Assembly (NCBI GenBank): GCA_951406725.2
Contig: CATOCA020000001.1
Coordinates: 6,200,001-6,264,000, forward strand
Source of the DNA: Octopus vulgaris
Taxonomy: Eukaryota
Direction of reading: 5' to 3'
Length of the DNA: 64,000 bases
This document shows, in pieces, positions 11,311 through 26,433 of this stretch. Within the stretch, counting starts at the first letter, position 1; the number at the start of each line of letters is the position of its first letter. The notes under the pieces were generated by a model that did not search any database, had not been told where the DNA came from, and saw only the letters and a program-made list of their open reading frames with translations. The position numbers were made by a program, and so were the translations under genes.

Positions 11311-13892
11311 GTTTTATTCTTCAACTTTGAGATGTATTGTTGTTTTTTTTTAATTTTATCTTACTATAATCAGCAACAAACACCTTCCGTCAATATTAAA
11401 TTCTTTATTGGATAAAAAAAAACATTATCAAAACATGAAGTTAAAACAAAACAAATGTGCTTTGTTTTCTTCCAGGCACAAATGTCCTGTAGCAATAGTC
11501 TTTCATCGACCGACCTTTCCTCCAAAAAAATCAGTGGAATCATTCGATCTCCATACACAAATTATTTTCCTCCTGGAACTATAAAAAAAGTTACACACAT
11601 TAGGCGCACCTTTCTCTAAGCGGCACACTAAATTTCCCAGGTAAAAAATAGCAGCTTATACACCGGAAAATACGGTGTTTCTTTTTTTGTCATATTCATA
11701 TCGACTTTCACTCCATAAACGTTACACAAACACTTGACTGCGCATGCCTAAATGTCTATATTAAAGTATTTTCTAAGCTAAATTCTCTGCCAGTTCTACA
11801 GGCTCATTAGGCCCCCAGTATATCTCGGTATCGAACGTATTTCAACACACAAGGATACAACACACCGGATACCAGTCTGTCGCAATGTTAACCCCTGGTT
11901 AATGCTGGTGCTTTTCAGATGAGAGCACTGGAAGTGTCTTTCTCGTGGACACAACTTACCGAAACAATAATCCATACGCCTATATGTGTGTGTGTGCGCG
12001 CTTATGTACATATCCGTGCGTATGTGGGTGTATTTTTGTATGCATGTACACACACACACACACAATCTTTTATTCTTTTATTCTTTTGCTTATTTAAAGG
12101 TGAATTTTAAAGTCGTTATGCCAATCACATAATCCCCTTCCGACATAGGCCAAAAGTAAAGCTACGAAACTGGCTAAGTTTGGAAGAAAACGAAACACCA
12201 CATGTGACTGGATGGGAAGTAATTGAGAATCCATAACTTATGTGAATGGATCGAATAAATATAAACATTGTTTAGCTGAAAGAGTGCATATCCTGTTCAG
12301 ATCTAAGATGCTTAATTCTCTATTGGACTCTAGGTCTGGAATTTTCAGTCGTTGTCAAGTATAAATATATTTTGAAGAACTGAAAAATTCCGTCTATTCT
12401 TGATTAGATTTTTGATATTTTATTAGCCTTATAATTCAATGTCTAACAAGGAGAACTCTTAAATGCTGTTTTTACTTTTCCCTTTTCCCATTTTCGTTTT
12501 TGTGCTTTCGCTTTCCGATTTCCGGAACACTGGGCATGCTGTGGAAGACATGCACTGGGGCTGCGGCACCTCCAAACATTCTGCTAAATGGTGAACAGGT
12601 GTGGTCATCGTTTGTCAAACAGGCTTTTCCACATCTCATCTCCTTGAGTAAGCTGCAGTCGTGGGTCAAGAAGAGACCGAGGAAGGGTTACTGGCATCTG
12701 GAATGTTGCTAGGCACTCACTGTCCTCTACCAGGTGGGCAATGCGATCAGTGGAAAATCCACTCTGAAGTTCTATGGAGGGTTAGTGGAGGGAAAGTGCG
12801 ATGAAGCACTTGGAGAGACGCTAGGCGTTGACAAAATTGAACTAACCAGTCTGTTGAGGAGGACTTTCAAGACGGGGACGATGGATAACTTCTAGAAGTC
12901 CCTTGCTTTGCAGTGCTATCGGGGGGCACTGCCGGATCGAGATAAACTCTACAAGCACGGAATTGCTGTCTGACCGACCTACCCGAGAGGTGCGCAGAGC
13001 GATGAAAGCGTTCTGCACGCACTCGTCCAGTGTCCTTGCATTACTGACATGTGGAGTTATGTTGAACAGCTGTTATCACGTGTAGGGTGGTTCTATCTAT
13101 CGGCCGAGTCCGTAGTGAAGATCGATCAGCCGCTTTCCATCAGTCCGGAAGGTCAGGCAATTTACTTCTGTCTAATAGCAGTAGCGAAAGAGGCTGTATT
13201 GTGGACCAGGTTAAAAGGACTAAAGGCAGAGACTTTTCTCTACGGCCAATCACTCGTCAACTTTTTCAAATTTTCTTTGGAAAGGAAGATGAGGGTGCAG
13301 AGTGAAGTGCTGCCTCCCAGTACATTTGCCAAAAGGTGGATGAATAGCGAAAATGGTACGTGTGAGTGGACCTACTCTAATAACACGCCTTTGGGCTAGT
13401 GAATTTGAAAGGGAGGAGAGTGCTCTTCCCAGATGCCCTCGAAGCGTCGAGTGGTTCAGGATTGGGGTGTGGGTACCTGAGCCAACTCCAGGGGATTACC
13501 TGCACCTATTACGAACTTTCATTGTTATATTCTTTTGTCGGATATCATTGTTATTCTTTTAACTGTGTACTCGTTGTCTCTGCGTGAAATCCCCACTGTC
13601 CATGTCTACTGTATCCTGTTTCTTTACTACCCACAAGGGGCTAAACACAGAGAGGACAAACAAGGACAGACAAACGGATTAAGTCGATTATATCGATCAC
13701 AGTGCGTAACTGGTACTTCTTTAATCGACCCCGAAAGGATGAAAGGCAAAGTCGACCTCGGGGGAATTTGAACTCAGAAGGTAACGGCAGAAGAAATACC
13801 GCTAAGCATTTCGCTCGACGTACTGAAGATTCTGCCAGCTCTCACCGCATTTTCTACTGTATCTTCTCCCATATGCCGGCCCTATTGGCAAA

Positions 13893-13974
<82 letters not shown>

Positions 13975-14149
13975 TGATAATGATAATAATACTAATATTA
14001 ATAATAATATAATAATAATAATAATAATTATCATTATTATTATAATAATTATTATTATAATAATAATTATAATTATAATAATAATAATAATAATAATAAT
14101 ATTAATAATAATAATGATAATGATAATAATACTAATAATAATAATAATT

Positions 14150-14180
<31 letters not shown>

Positions 14181-14214
14181 TTATTATATTATTATTATTA
14201 TTATTATCATTATC

Positions 14215-14522
<308 letters not shown>

Positions 14523-14523
14523 A

Positions 14524-14595
<72 letters not shown>

Positions 14596-14604
14596 TATTA
14601 TTAA

Positions 14605-14659
<55 letters not shown>

Positions 14660-14994
14660 ATTATTATTATTGGAATTTTTTCCGGCTAAACTTTTCACTC
14701 ACTTCTTTACAATAAAATTATGTCATTTAATGCAATCGTTAATGTGATATTCCCTTCAGTTTCATATTAAAGAAAAGCTTAGGCAGGGTTGTGTATCTAA
14801 TTGCATCACACACACAGACACACACACTCACACTCACAATCGTACACATCAACTCTCCTCCTCTTCTTTCCCCTCTCTCTCTTCTATCACTCCCTCTCCC
14901 CACTCTCTCATTTAACTCTACCACTTCCACCGCCAATCATCATAAACTGCTGACTGAAACTTTTCAAACCGAAATAATATAATTAGAAATACAG

Positions 14995-15033
<39 letters not shown>

Positions 15034-16845
15034 CTTAGAATGTGGAATGTGGAATGTATATATATATATATATATATTCATACATATATATATATATATA
15101 TGTATATATGTGTGTCTTAGGATGTGGAATGTTCGTATCAGCTAACACGGACTGTGTCATCATAATACTGTCCACGAAGCGTTGATAGGAGCAAAGCTCG
15201 TCCAAGAGAAGTCGGTGGGCCTGCAAATCGCCACCTTCTTTTGGCCGGGAATGAAAAGCAGTTTCTTCTGCCCGGTGGCTAAAGAGGTAGAGTGGTGGAC
15301 GAGACTGAAAACATTGAAGACTAAACATTCTTCACAGAAAAATTATGTCATTTAAAATTATCATTTAATATTATCATTAATATTCACTTCAGTTTTATAT
15401 TAAAGAAACTTATAGGCATGGTTATGTATCTCATTGCATCACACAAAAACACACACAGACACACACACACACGCACACAGACACACACACAGATACTGGA
15501 AGACAATTAGTTTTTTTTTCAATTTCCTTTTTATCTTTCACTTTTTGCAGAAGGCATCAAGAATACTGGAGACTTTCTCAGATACAAATACATTAAACAG
15601 CTTAGAGACCCCTGCATGTCTTCCTCTCCCTCTTCCCCTCACTCCTATGAAAATAGGACATCAAACTATTGAATGTTTGGGTACAAATGAGCTCTCTCTC
15701 TCTCTCTCTTTTTACTCTTTTACTTGTTTCTGTGATTTGAATGTGGCCGTGCTGGAGCACCACCTCTAGTCGAGTAAATCGACCCCAGGACTTATTCTTT
15801 GTAAGCCTAGTACTTATTCTGTCGGTCTCTTTTGCCGAAACGCTAAGTTACAGGGACGTAAACACACCAGCATCGGGGGGCACTGCCGGATCGAGATAAA
15901 CTCTACAAGCACGGAAGTGCTGTCTGACCGACCTACCCGAGAGGTGCGCAGAGCGATGAAAGCGTTCTGCACGCACTCGTCCAGTGTCCTTGCATTACTG
16001 ACATGTGGAGTTATGTTGAACATCTGTTATCACGTGTAGGGTTGTTCTATCTATCGGCCGAGTCCGTAGTGAAGATCGCTCAGCCGCTTTCCATCATTCC
16101 GGAAGGTGACACAATTTACTTCGATTCTTATAACAGTAGCGAAAGAGGCTGTATTGTGGATCAGGTTAAAAGGACTAAAGGCAGAGACTTTTCTCTACGG
16201 CCAATCACTCGTAAACTTTCTGAAATTTCCTTTGGAAAGGAAGATGAGGGTGCAGAGTGAAGTGCCGCCTCCCAGTACGTTTGCCAAAAGGTGGATGAAT
16301 AGCGAAAATGGTACGTGTGAGTGGACCTACTCTAATAACGCACCTGTGGGCTAATGAATTTGAGAGGGAGGAGAGTGCTCTTCCCAGATGCCCTCGAAGC
16401 GTCGAGTGGTTCAGGATTGGGGTGTGGGTACCTGATCCGACTCCAGGGGATTACCTGCACCTATTACGAACTTTCATTGTTATATTCTTTTGTCGGATAT
16501 CATTGTTATTCTTTTAACTGTGTACTCGTTGTCTCAGCGTTAAATCTCCACACTCCATGTCTACTGTATCCTGTTTCTTTACTACCCACAAGGGGGTAAA
16601 CACAGAGAGGACAAACAAGGACAGACAAACGGATTAAGTTGATTATATCGACCACAGTGCGTAACTAGTACTTCTTTAATCGACCCCGAAAGGATGAAAG
16701 ACAAAGTCGACCTCGGAGGAATTTGAACTCAGAAGGTAACGGCAGAAGAAATACCGCTAAGCATTTCGCCCGACGTCCTGAAGATTCTGCCAGCTCTCAC
16801 CGCATTTTCTACTGTATCTTCTCCCATATGACTGCCCTATTGGCA

Positions 16846-16920
<75 letters not shown>

Positions 16921-16921
<1 letters not shown>

Positions 16922-18823
16922 GTAGCACCAACAATCATAAAATTCATAGAGCACTCTATGAATAAATGGCAAACAGTCCTACATCTCCAAACAAAAGATG
17001 GACTCATGAAAACCAAAGACATCCCCATCAGAAGAGGAATATTCCAGGGAGACACGCTCTCTCCACTCCTTTTCTGCTTGGCACTGTCACCTCTATCTGA
17101 TATGCTAAATAGAACTGGATGCGGATATAAATGTTACGGCAAAACGATCAGCCACCTTTTATATATGGATGACCTAAAACTATACGCTGCAAATGACAAA
17201 CAGCTGGAAACACTATTAAAGACAGTTCATGGATTTACCAAAGAAATAGATATGAAATTTGGATTAGAAAAATGCGCCAAAGTAACCATGAAAAGAGGAA
17301 AACTAGTTAAGAGTAACAACATCACACTAGATAAAACCAATGAAATAAAAGAATTAGACCAAAGCCAAACTTACAAATACTTAGGAATCCATGAACTAGA
17401 TAAGACACAACACACACAAATGAAAGAGAAAATAAAAAACGAATATTATAGACGAGTTAGATCAATACTAAAAACAGAGCTCAATGCTAAAAACAAGATA
17501 ATAGGTATCAACACTTTAGCTGTCCCAGTTATAAGTTACAGCTACAATATCCTTAACTGGACACGAAATGAACTGTCCAAAATAGATAGGAAAACAAGAA
17601 AAATACTGACAGGATCTAGGATGCATCACCCAAAATCTGACATAGAAAGACTATATATACAACGTATAGAAGGTGGTAGAGGCCTTATACAGCTGGAAAA
17701 CTACTATAAAATAACCACCATAGGACTGCAAAAATACCTACTTCAGAAGGAAGGAAAACTGATCCAGATAGCAGCAAAACACGAGCAAAACAAAAAACAG
17801 TTCTCAGTATTTAAGGAAGCTGACAAATACAAACAGGAAATCATACCACCTAATAAACACGAAGAAGAAGAAGAAGAAGATGATGAAGAAACAACAAAAG
17901 CTATAAAACAAATGAAATCCAAACTAAAAATAGAACAGCAACGAACCATGATAAAACGATGGCAAGAAAAGCCCCTTCATGGTAAATACTGCACTAAACT
18001 AAACGCAAAAGAAATAGACAAAGAAAGATCCCAGCAATGGTTGAGAAGCTCAGGACTCAAAGCAGAAACAGAGGGATTTTTAATTGCAGCACAAGACCAA
18101 AGCCTCCCCACCAGAAATTACCAAAAACATGTAATGAAAAGAAATATTACAAGTAACTGCAGAATATGTGGAGATGGACAAGAAACAATAAATCATATTA
18201 TCTCTAGCTGTCCAGTCCTGGCTAAGAAGGAATATATTCACAGACATGACAGAGTTGGAACCTACATACACTGGAAGCTATGCCAACATTATGGAATAAC
18301 AACAGAAAAAAGATGGTATAGGCACACACCAGAAAAGGTTACAGAAAACGAGAAAGCAACAATACTCTGGGATATGCCGATACACACAGATAGAGAAATT
18401 AAGGCCAACAGACCAGATATAGTTGTCAGAGATCATGAAGAAAAAAATGCTTTTAATTGATGTATCAATACCGGCAGATGACAACGTGTCTCTAAAAGAA
18501 ATGGAGAAACTCTCAAAATACAAAGACCTGGAAATAGAGGTAACTAGAATGTGGAATCTGAAAACAGAAACAATTCCTATCATAGTAGGTGCATTAGGCA
18601 TGATAAAAAAATATTCAGACAAATACATAACAAAAACACCAGGGCTTACAAACACATATATCATACAGAAAATTGCACTACTAGGCACTGCACACATCCT
18701 ACGCAGAGCACTTTCACTACAATAACCATCAGAGCATCACAACAAATCACAGCACATACCCAAGGCACACAGAGCTGCGCTCGGTAGTGAAGTGAAAGCA
18801 CGCTATAAAAATAAAACTACTGA
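16921..18823 (+). mobile_element. 5'-truncated R4/Dong-clade non-LTR retrotransposon inserted in (AAT)n
   Basis: RT motifs GIFQGDTLSPLLF and LLYMDDLKLY, zinc knuckle CRIC..ETINHIISSC, RHD, and restriction-like endonuclease RPDIV..IDVSIP..EKLSKY. Flanked by (AAT)n on both sides. Confidence 0.92.
16958..18725 (+). pseudogene. RT-RLE polyprotein C-terminal part, frameshifted near 18445-18455
   Basis: ORFs 16958-18460 and 18423-18725 join into one R4-type protein; the N-terminal RT is missing. Confidence 0.88.
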
Positions 18824-18852
18824 ATAATAATAATAATATTAATAATAACAAA

Positions 18853-18914
<62 letters not shown>

Positions 18915-18946
18915 TGATAATGATAATAATACTAATATTAATAATA

Positions 18947-19011
<65 letters not shown>

Positions 19012-19012
<1 letters not shown>

Positions 19013-20089
19013 CAGTAGTTTTATTTTTATATCGTGCTTTCACTTCACTACCGAGCGCAGCTCTGTGTGCCTTGGGTATGTGCTGTGATTTGTTGTGATG
19101 CTCTGATGGTTATTGTATGGAAAGTGTTCTGCGTAGGATGTGGGCAGTGCCTAGTAGTGCAATTTTCTGTATGTTATATGTGTTTGTAAGTCCTGGTGTT
19201 TTTGTTATGTATTTGTCTGAATATTTTTTTATCATGCCTAATGCACCTACTATGATAGGAATTGTTTCTGTTTTCAGATTCCACATTCTAGTTACCTCTA
19301 TTTCCAGGTCTTTGTATTTTGAAAGTTTCTCCATTTCTTTTAGAGACACGTTGTCATCTGCCGGTATTGATACATCAATCAGAAAGCATTTTATTCTTCA
19401 TGATCTCTGACAACTATATCTAGTCTGTTGGCCTTAATTTCTCTATATGTGTGTATCGGCATATCCCAGAGTATGGTTGCTTTCTCGTTTTCTGTGACCT
19501 TTTCTGGTGTGTGCCTATACCATCTTTTTTCTGTTGTTATTCCATAATGTTGGCATAGCTTCCAGTGTATGTAGGTTCCAACTCTGTCATGTCTGTGAAT
19601 ATATTCCTTCTTAGCCAGGACTGGGCAGCTAGAGATAATATGATTTATTGTTTCTTGTCCATCTCCACATATTCTGCAGTTACTTGTAATATTTCTTTTC
19701 ATTACATGTTTTTGGTAATTCCTGGTGGGGAGGCTTTGGTCTTGTGCTGCAATTAAAAATCCCTCTGTTTCTGCTTTGAGTCCTGAGCTTCTCAACCATT
19801 GCTGGGATTTTTCTTTGTCTATTTCTTTTGCGTTTAGTTTAGTGCAGTATTTACCATGAAGGGGCTTTTGTTGCCATCGTTTTATCATGGTTCGTTGCTG
19901 TTCTATTTTTAGTTTGGATTTCATTTGTTTTATAGCTATTGTTGTTTCTTCATCTTCTTCTTCTTCATGTTTATTAGGTGGTATGATTTCCTGTTTGTAT
20001 TTGTCAGCTTCCTTAAATACTGAGAACAGTTTTTTGTTTTGCTCGTGTTTTGCCGCTATCTGGATCAGTTTTCCTTCCTTCTGAAGTAG
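19012..20089 (-). mobile_element. Second, shorter 5'-truncated copy of the same R4/Dong family, in inverted orientation
   Basis: Reverse complement of 17738-18823 with scattered differences (ORFs 19391-19924, 19110-19349). Flanked by (ATT)n. Confidence 0.92.
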
Positions 20090-20094
20090 ATATT

Positions 20095-20126
<32 letters not shown>

Positions 20127-20257
20127 CATTATCATTATTATTATTAATATTATTATTATTATTATTATTATTATAATTATTATTATTATTATTAATAGTA
20201 TTATTATTATTATTACTATTATTATTATTATTATAATTATTATTATTATTACTATTA

Positions 20258-20364
<107 letters not shown>

Positions 20365-20855
20365 ATTATTATTATTGGAATTTTTTTCCGGCTAAACTTT
20401 TCACTCACTTCTTTACAATAAAATTATGTCATTTAATGCAATGGTTAATGTGATATTCCCTTCAGTTTCATATTAAAGAAAAGCTTAGGCAGGGTTGTGT
20501 ATCTAATTGCTTCATACACACAGACACACACACACACACTCAAAATCGTACACATCAACTCTCCTCTTCTTCTTTCCCTCTCTCTCTTCTATCACTCCCT
20601 CTCCCCACTCTCTCATTTTAACTCTTCCACTTCCACCGCCAATCATCATAATCTGCTGACTGAAACTTTTCAAACCGAAATAATATAATTAGAAATACAG
20701 ATGCCATATATATATATATATATAAACACTTTAACTCTTTTACTTGTTTCAGTCATTTGACTGCGGCCATGCTGGAGCAACGCCTTTAGTCGAGCAAATC
20801 GACCCCGGGACTTATTATTTGTAAGCCCAGTACTTATTCCATCGGTCCTTTTTGC

Positions 20856-20941
<86 letters not shown>

Positions 20942-22148
20942 GTGTGACTTAGGATGTGGAATGTTCGTATCAACTAACACAGACTACGGCATCATAATAC
21001 AGGCCACGAAGCGGTGATAGGAGCAAAGCTTATCCAAGAGAAGTCGGTGGGCCTGCAAATCGGCAGGTGGAGAGGCAGACCCATACCAACCGACAGTTTG
21101 TAGGGCGCTAGACGGAATGACAGGTTAAACTGCTTGGATTCTGGTTTGCTCTTGACCTCGGGGTGGACAACAACGGCTGGGAGGTGACGAACAGGATAGT
21201 CGATCTCACCCAGAAGTTGGCAGAGAGGAAGCTGTTCGTGAAGGGTCGAGTCGAAGTGGCGAATGCGTACATCCCTTCCGTCATCTATGACTTTCTGAAT
21301 GTAGTCCCATGCCCGATAAAGTTAGAGCGTTTGTTATTCCGCTTTCTAAAGAAGGGATGTGTTCCGCGCATCAGACGGTCCATCTGCTGTCAACAACCTC
21401 TCAGTAGAGTACTGGACATGTCGTTGCTAATGATTCGCAGACATACGCTGAGACGGCGACATATCCTTCGTTTCTTTAGCGGTGAGAATAGGGGATTGAC
21501 TGTTTGTGAAGCGGGCACTTTCCGCAGCTCGTCTCACTGATGAAGCTACAGTACTGAGTCAAGCGTTGGCCAAGAAAGGGCGCTTGGCACCTGGAATGTC
21601 GGCAAGCTTTCACAACTTTCTGCCAGTCGGCAACGCGGGCGTTGATAGTTCCAACATGGATTTCTATAGGGGATTAGTAGAGGGGAAAGAACAACGACAA
21701 AATCGGGGTAAATTCTGGGCGGAGGTGGAGGGAATCAACTAACTGGTCTTTAACTTCCAGGAATCCCTGGCCTGGCAGTGCTACCTGGAAGCTCTGCCGA
21801 TTCAAGACAAGCTCTACAGATACGAAAGTGTTGTCGGACGGATATGTCGGGGGTGTGTGCAGGCCGAGGAAATAGTCCTGCATGCACTCATCCGTCCAGT
21901 TTACGTGCCGAGTTCATTGTAAAGATCGCCCCGCCACCTTCTTTTGGCCGGGAATGAAAAGCAGTTTCTTCTGCCCGGTGGCTAAACAAGTAGTGTGGTG
22001 GACCAGACTGAAAACATTAAAGACTAAACCTCTTTCACAATGAAATTATGTCATTTGATATTATCATTTAATATTATCATTAATATTCACTTCAGTTTTA
22101 TATTAAAGAAACTTATTGGCATGGTTATGTATCTCATTGCATCACACA

Positions 22149-22193
<45 letters not shown>

Positions 22194-22509
22194 ACATACA
22201 CATACACACACACAGATACCGGCAGATAATTAGCTTTATATTTTCAATTTATTTTTACCTTTCACTTTTTACAGAAGGCATCCAGAATACTGGAGACTAT
22301 CTGAGATACAAATACATTAAACAGTTTAGAGACCCCTGCATGTCTTCCTCTCCCTCTTCCCCTCACTCCTATAAAAATAGGACATCAAACTATTGAATGT
22401 TTGGGTACAGATGAGCTGTTGAAGTTTTGAATATAATTATGTGTCAATTATTATAATCGTTATATCAAAGCAATACTTGGGCAGAGTTATATATCTCAGT
22501 GCAGCATAT

Positions 22510-22555
<46 letters not shown>

Positions 22556-22729
22556 AGGACATATACAATTGAAGACCCTTCACACCACAAAATCCTCGCC
22601 TGTCATCCTTCATTCGTATAAAATATTGCTACTTTGATAACGAAAATTCTTTTCCCATAACTTTAAAGCTGCTAAAACCTTTAATTCCTCTTCAGAATTG
22701 TTATAATTTCTCTATCATATACTTTATTT

Positions 22730-23560
22730 CACAAACGTAATTTTCTGATACGAACTATTGTTAAATGAATATGTGTCGTTTGCTTCCATGTCAATAATTA
22801 TATATACCATGTAAATTATTATCGTTATTGATTTGGCTGCTATTTCTAGCACATCCAGCTTAAACTTCAGAGATTCTTCACGAAGAGAATGGTGGATGAC
22901 AATGTGAACACTGGAGGGTCTAACAAAGAATTTAGAAATGTACTTCATTATAATGTTGGCTTTAGACATTGTATTTTGGAAGAGATCGATGATCAATAGT
23001 TATCGAGCAAAAGTGAGATTGATTCTAAAACATGAAATATCTGTCGTCTGATCGAATAACAATATTTTGATCATTTCCGGTTAATGTTTCTTTTAAACGA
23101 TTTTTCTCAAATATTTTTTGTTTCTTCCTTTGCTTCTGACGTTATTTCTTTGATACGAAAGTTTCTTGAGAGTATTACTTCTTCTCTGCCCCTCCACTGT
23201 TCATAAGTGTTGGCTAGGTTTTCATTGTTTAGGGCTCTGCAATAAGCTTGGTTTCTTTTATTTAATATCTTAACCCGGATGTTTTTCATTTGATTTCTCT
23301 TTTTGTATGTCTCCTTTTTCCAAGCTGAGTTCATTCAATTCTTTTAGTACGTCTTGTGTGGTTGAATTTAGGTTGTGGATATCCGTTTCTGGAGTTCTGC
23401 TTTGGTTCTCATTTTGTTCTTGGTATGGAAGAAGGGAATAAAGTGTTTCTATGTAGATTTGCGTCTTTTGTGCCATTTCATGGAAGGCATCAGCAAGGCA
23501 ATAATGTTTTATCATGGTTGAAAGTTTTTGGTAAATTTCTTCTCATAATATTTCAGATTT
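22730..23560 (-). pseudogene. Disrupted coding remnant of unknown, probably transposon, origin; copy at ~47340-48240, shorter versions at ~7460-7900 and 28630-29065
   Basis: Consecutive protein-like frames (..LNKRNQAYCRALNNENLANTYEQW..ILSRNFRIKEITSEAKEET..) broken by frameshifts. Family not recognised. Confidence 0.4.
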
Positions 23561-23570
23561 CAGTGATTCG

Positions 23571-23653
<83 letters not shown>

Positions 23654-23767
23654 TGTGCATGAATGTATAAAATAAATAAATATATATATATATATATGTA
23701 TATATAGATATATACATATACATGAATACATACGTATATATAATTCTGATAACTGTGTGTGCGTATT

Positions 23768-23805
<38 letters not shown>

Positions 23806-24405
23806 AACACGCATATATATATATATATCTATATAGCTATATATATATATCCATACATATATACACACACACAGAGATATCACAATTTGTAAAATTGTAC
23901 TTAGATTATTTCAAGTTAATTTCAGTTCCGCTGATGCAAACAGTCTCATACAGTTACGCATATACACACACACATACACACACAAAACCCTCTTACTTTT
24001 CTTTCTCCCGCCCTCTCTCTCTCTCTCTCTATCACTTTCTTTCCCCTCTCTCATTTACACTCTTCCACTATCAACTCTCATCTTTGACTGCTGACGCAAA
24101 CTTTTCATATCGCATTCATATAATGAGAAATAAAGACGCCAATCTATATCTACACACACACACGCACACACAAACACGCATATATATATATATATGCATA
24201 ATTGTGTGCGGTGTGTTCCTATACTTCAATGAAAAAATGAATGGTAAATAAACAAATGACGCAACATATATATTAATGTAGGAGTTTATATGTTTATATA
24301 TGTGCGTGTATGTGTGTGTGTTTGCATGTATGTATGTAAGAGCTTGTATGTATATATTATGTATTTGTAGATGCAAGTTTGGATATTTCAGATTTATTGC
24401 ATATG

Positions 24406-24465
<60 letters not shown>

Positions 24466-24977
24466 CATATATGCATTCATAGACACACATACACACACAC
24501 ACACACACACGCACATATATAAGTTATTTGGAATGTGTTCACTTGTCGAATGTCAGGTTGACTTTTGTTTTACATTACAGCTTTGATGGGCCTCTTAACG
24601 GCAGAATAGATATCGCTTAGCATTTCGCCTGACATACTTGAAATTCTGCCAACTTTCACCGCCTTGTCTAATGTTTCACTCACTTCTTCACAGTAGAATT
24701 ATGTGATTTAACGCAATCGTTAATGCGATATTCCCTCCAGTTTCATATTAAATAAACGCTTAGGCAGGGTTATGTATCTAATTGCATCACACACACAGAC
24801 AAATACACATACACTGAAAATCGTACACATCAACCCTCCTCATCTTCTTTCCCCTCTCTCTCTTGCTTCAATCACTACTTCTCCCCCTCTCTCATTTTAA
24901 CTCTTCCACTTCTACCGCCAATCATCATAAACTGCTGACTGAAACTTTTCAAATTGAAATTATATAATTAGAAATAC

Positions 24978-25032
<55 letters not shown>

Positions 25033-25167
25033 CTAGTACAATGGTCCAATAGTATAGAAGTCGTAAACTGGTTTAAAGCTATTAAGAATAAGAAAAAAGG
25101 CCCTCGCTTAACAGCTAATACAAATGGACCGGCACAAGATCGTTTTAGGAAGGATATTATCCAGTTA

Positions 25168-26177
25168 ATGAAACACTTCGGACTTAGTATAACTATAGAT
25201 ACTAACCTGACGGTTGTCAATTTCTTAGACGTTTCCTTAGATCTTAATAAGAATATTTATAAGCCTTATAGGAAGCCCAATAATAGACTAAGTTATATTA
25301 ATGTAGGTCCATGCCATCCCCCTATAGTATTCAAAAATTTAGTTAAAAATATTAGTAAGAGGATTTCTAGCCTCTCATCTGATGAGGACATCTTTAATAG
25401 CGTTGCTCCAGTTTATAATAAGGCTTTAAAAGATAGTGGTTTTAGCGATAAATAAAATATACACCTATCACTAGCCCAACTGTAAGGAAAAGGAATAATA
25501 GAAATAGGAAGGTAATCTGGTTTTCGCCCCCTTACTCACCCGAGGTGGCCTTCAATATAGGTAAATATTTCCTAGCACTGATAGATAGACATTTTCCAGT
25601 TAACCATAATTATAGGAAACTCTTCAATAGACACAATTTAAAAATTAGTTTTAGTTCAACTATCAATTTTAAAAACATAATCAAACATAACATACAAAAA
25701 ACACAAGAAGAAAACAGCTGTTCATGCAGGAATAAAGAATTGTGCCCGCTAAATGGAGCTTGCATGTCCAAGACCATCATATATGAAGCTACCGTAAACT
25801 CTATAACCACTAAAGACACCGTTTCGACGAAGAAATACTTGGGCCTTACAGAGGGTAATTTCAAGACCAGGTTCAATAACCACACTTTGAGCTTTAGGCA
25901 CTGGAACAAAAGAAAAGCGACACAATTGTCTAATCGTATTTGGTCTTTAAGAGATAAAGGTGTCGATTATAACATACAATGGAAGATTTTGGCCAGATGT
26001 AAGCCCTATACTAACGGCAGCGGAAGGTGCGGTCTATGCGAAATGGAGAGATGGCTTATCTGGAAAAGCAGCTTAGACCCTACTACATGTCTAAATACAA
26101 GGACAGAGCTTTTCGGATCATGCCCACATGTGACTAAATTTCTGTTACGTTTTTGGTCCCCTAAAGAAAACAGATAG
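25168..26177 (+). pseudogene. Penelope RT-thumb + GIY-YIG endonuclease, frameshifted near 25450
   Basis: ORFs 25168-25455 and 25545-26177. The RT catalytic core appears deleted near 25098. Confidence 0.85.
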
Positions 26178-26370
26178 AACATGCTTTCTATGTTATGCCC
26201 CAAGAAGAATTTATATATTTTTATATATTTTTTATATATTTTTTATGTATTTTTATATAATTTTTATGACGAAAAATGCGAGCGATGTATAAGTACGCAG
26301 GCAAGCAGAGTTATAACAGAGCAATTTCCCTTTATTTAACGGTATTTTTTCATAACGTTTTCAAATAGCC

Positions 26371-26433
26371 AGATAACCGAAGAGATGGTGTTGTGGATTT
26401 CCACTTCGGCATCTGAAACTCAGAGTTTTATCT
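26371..26433 (+). ncRNA. Hammerhead ribozyme variant in the Penelope 3' region
   Basis: Stem I AGATAA/TTATCT, core CCGAAGA (U4>C), stem II GATG..CATC, an extra T before GAAA (26415-26418), ACTC-A-GAGT, and a GTT triplet. Confidence 0.7.

Noticed and set aside
17738-20089. A single DNA transposon with 1-kb TIRs
   Set aside because: The arms encode R4-type retrotransposon protein ends, and one arm extends a further 0.8 kb as continuous RT sequence.
26178-26370. SECIS/selenoprotein coding, as reported for some Naiad elements
   Set aside because: I saw no in-frame TGA in the retained ORF, and the ATGAC near 26266 does not form a convincing SECIS stem.
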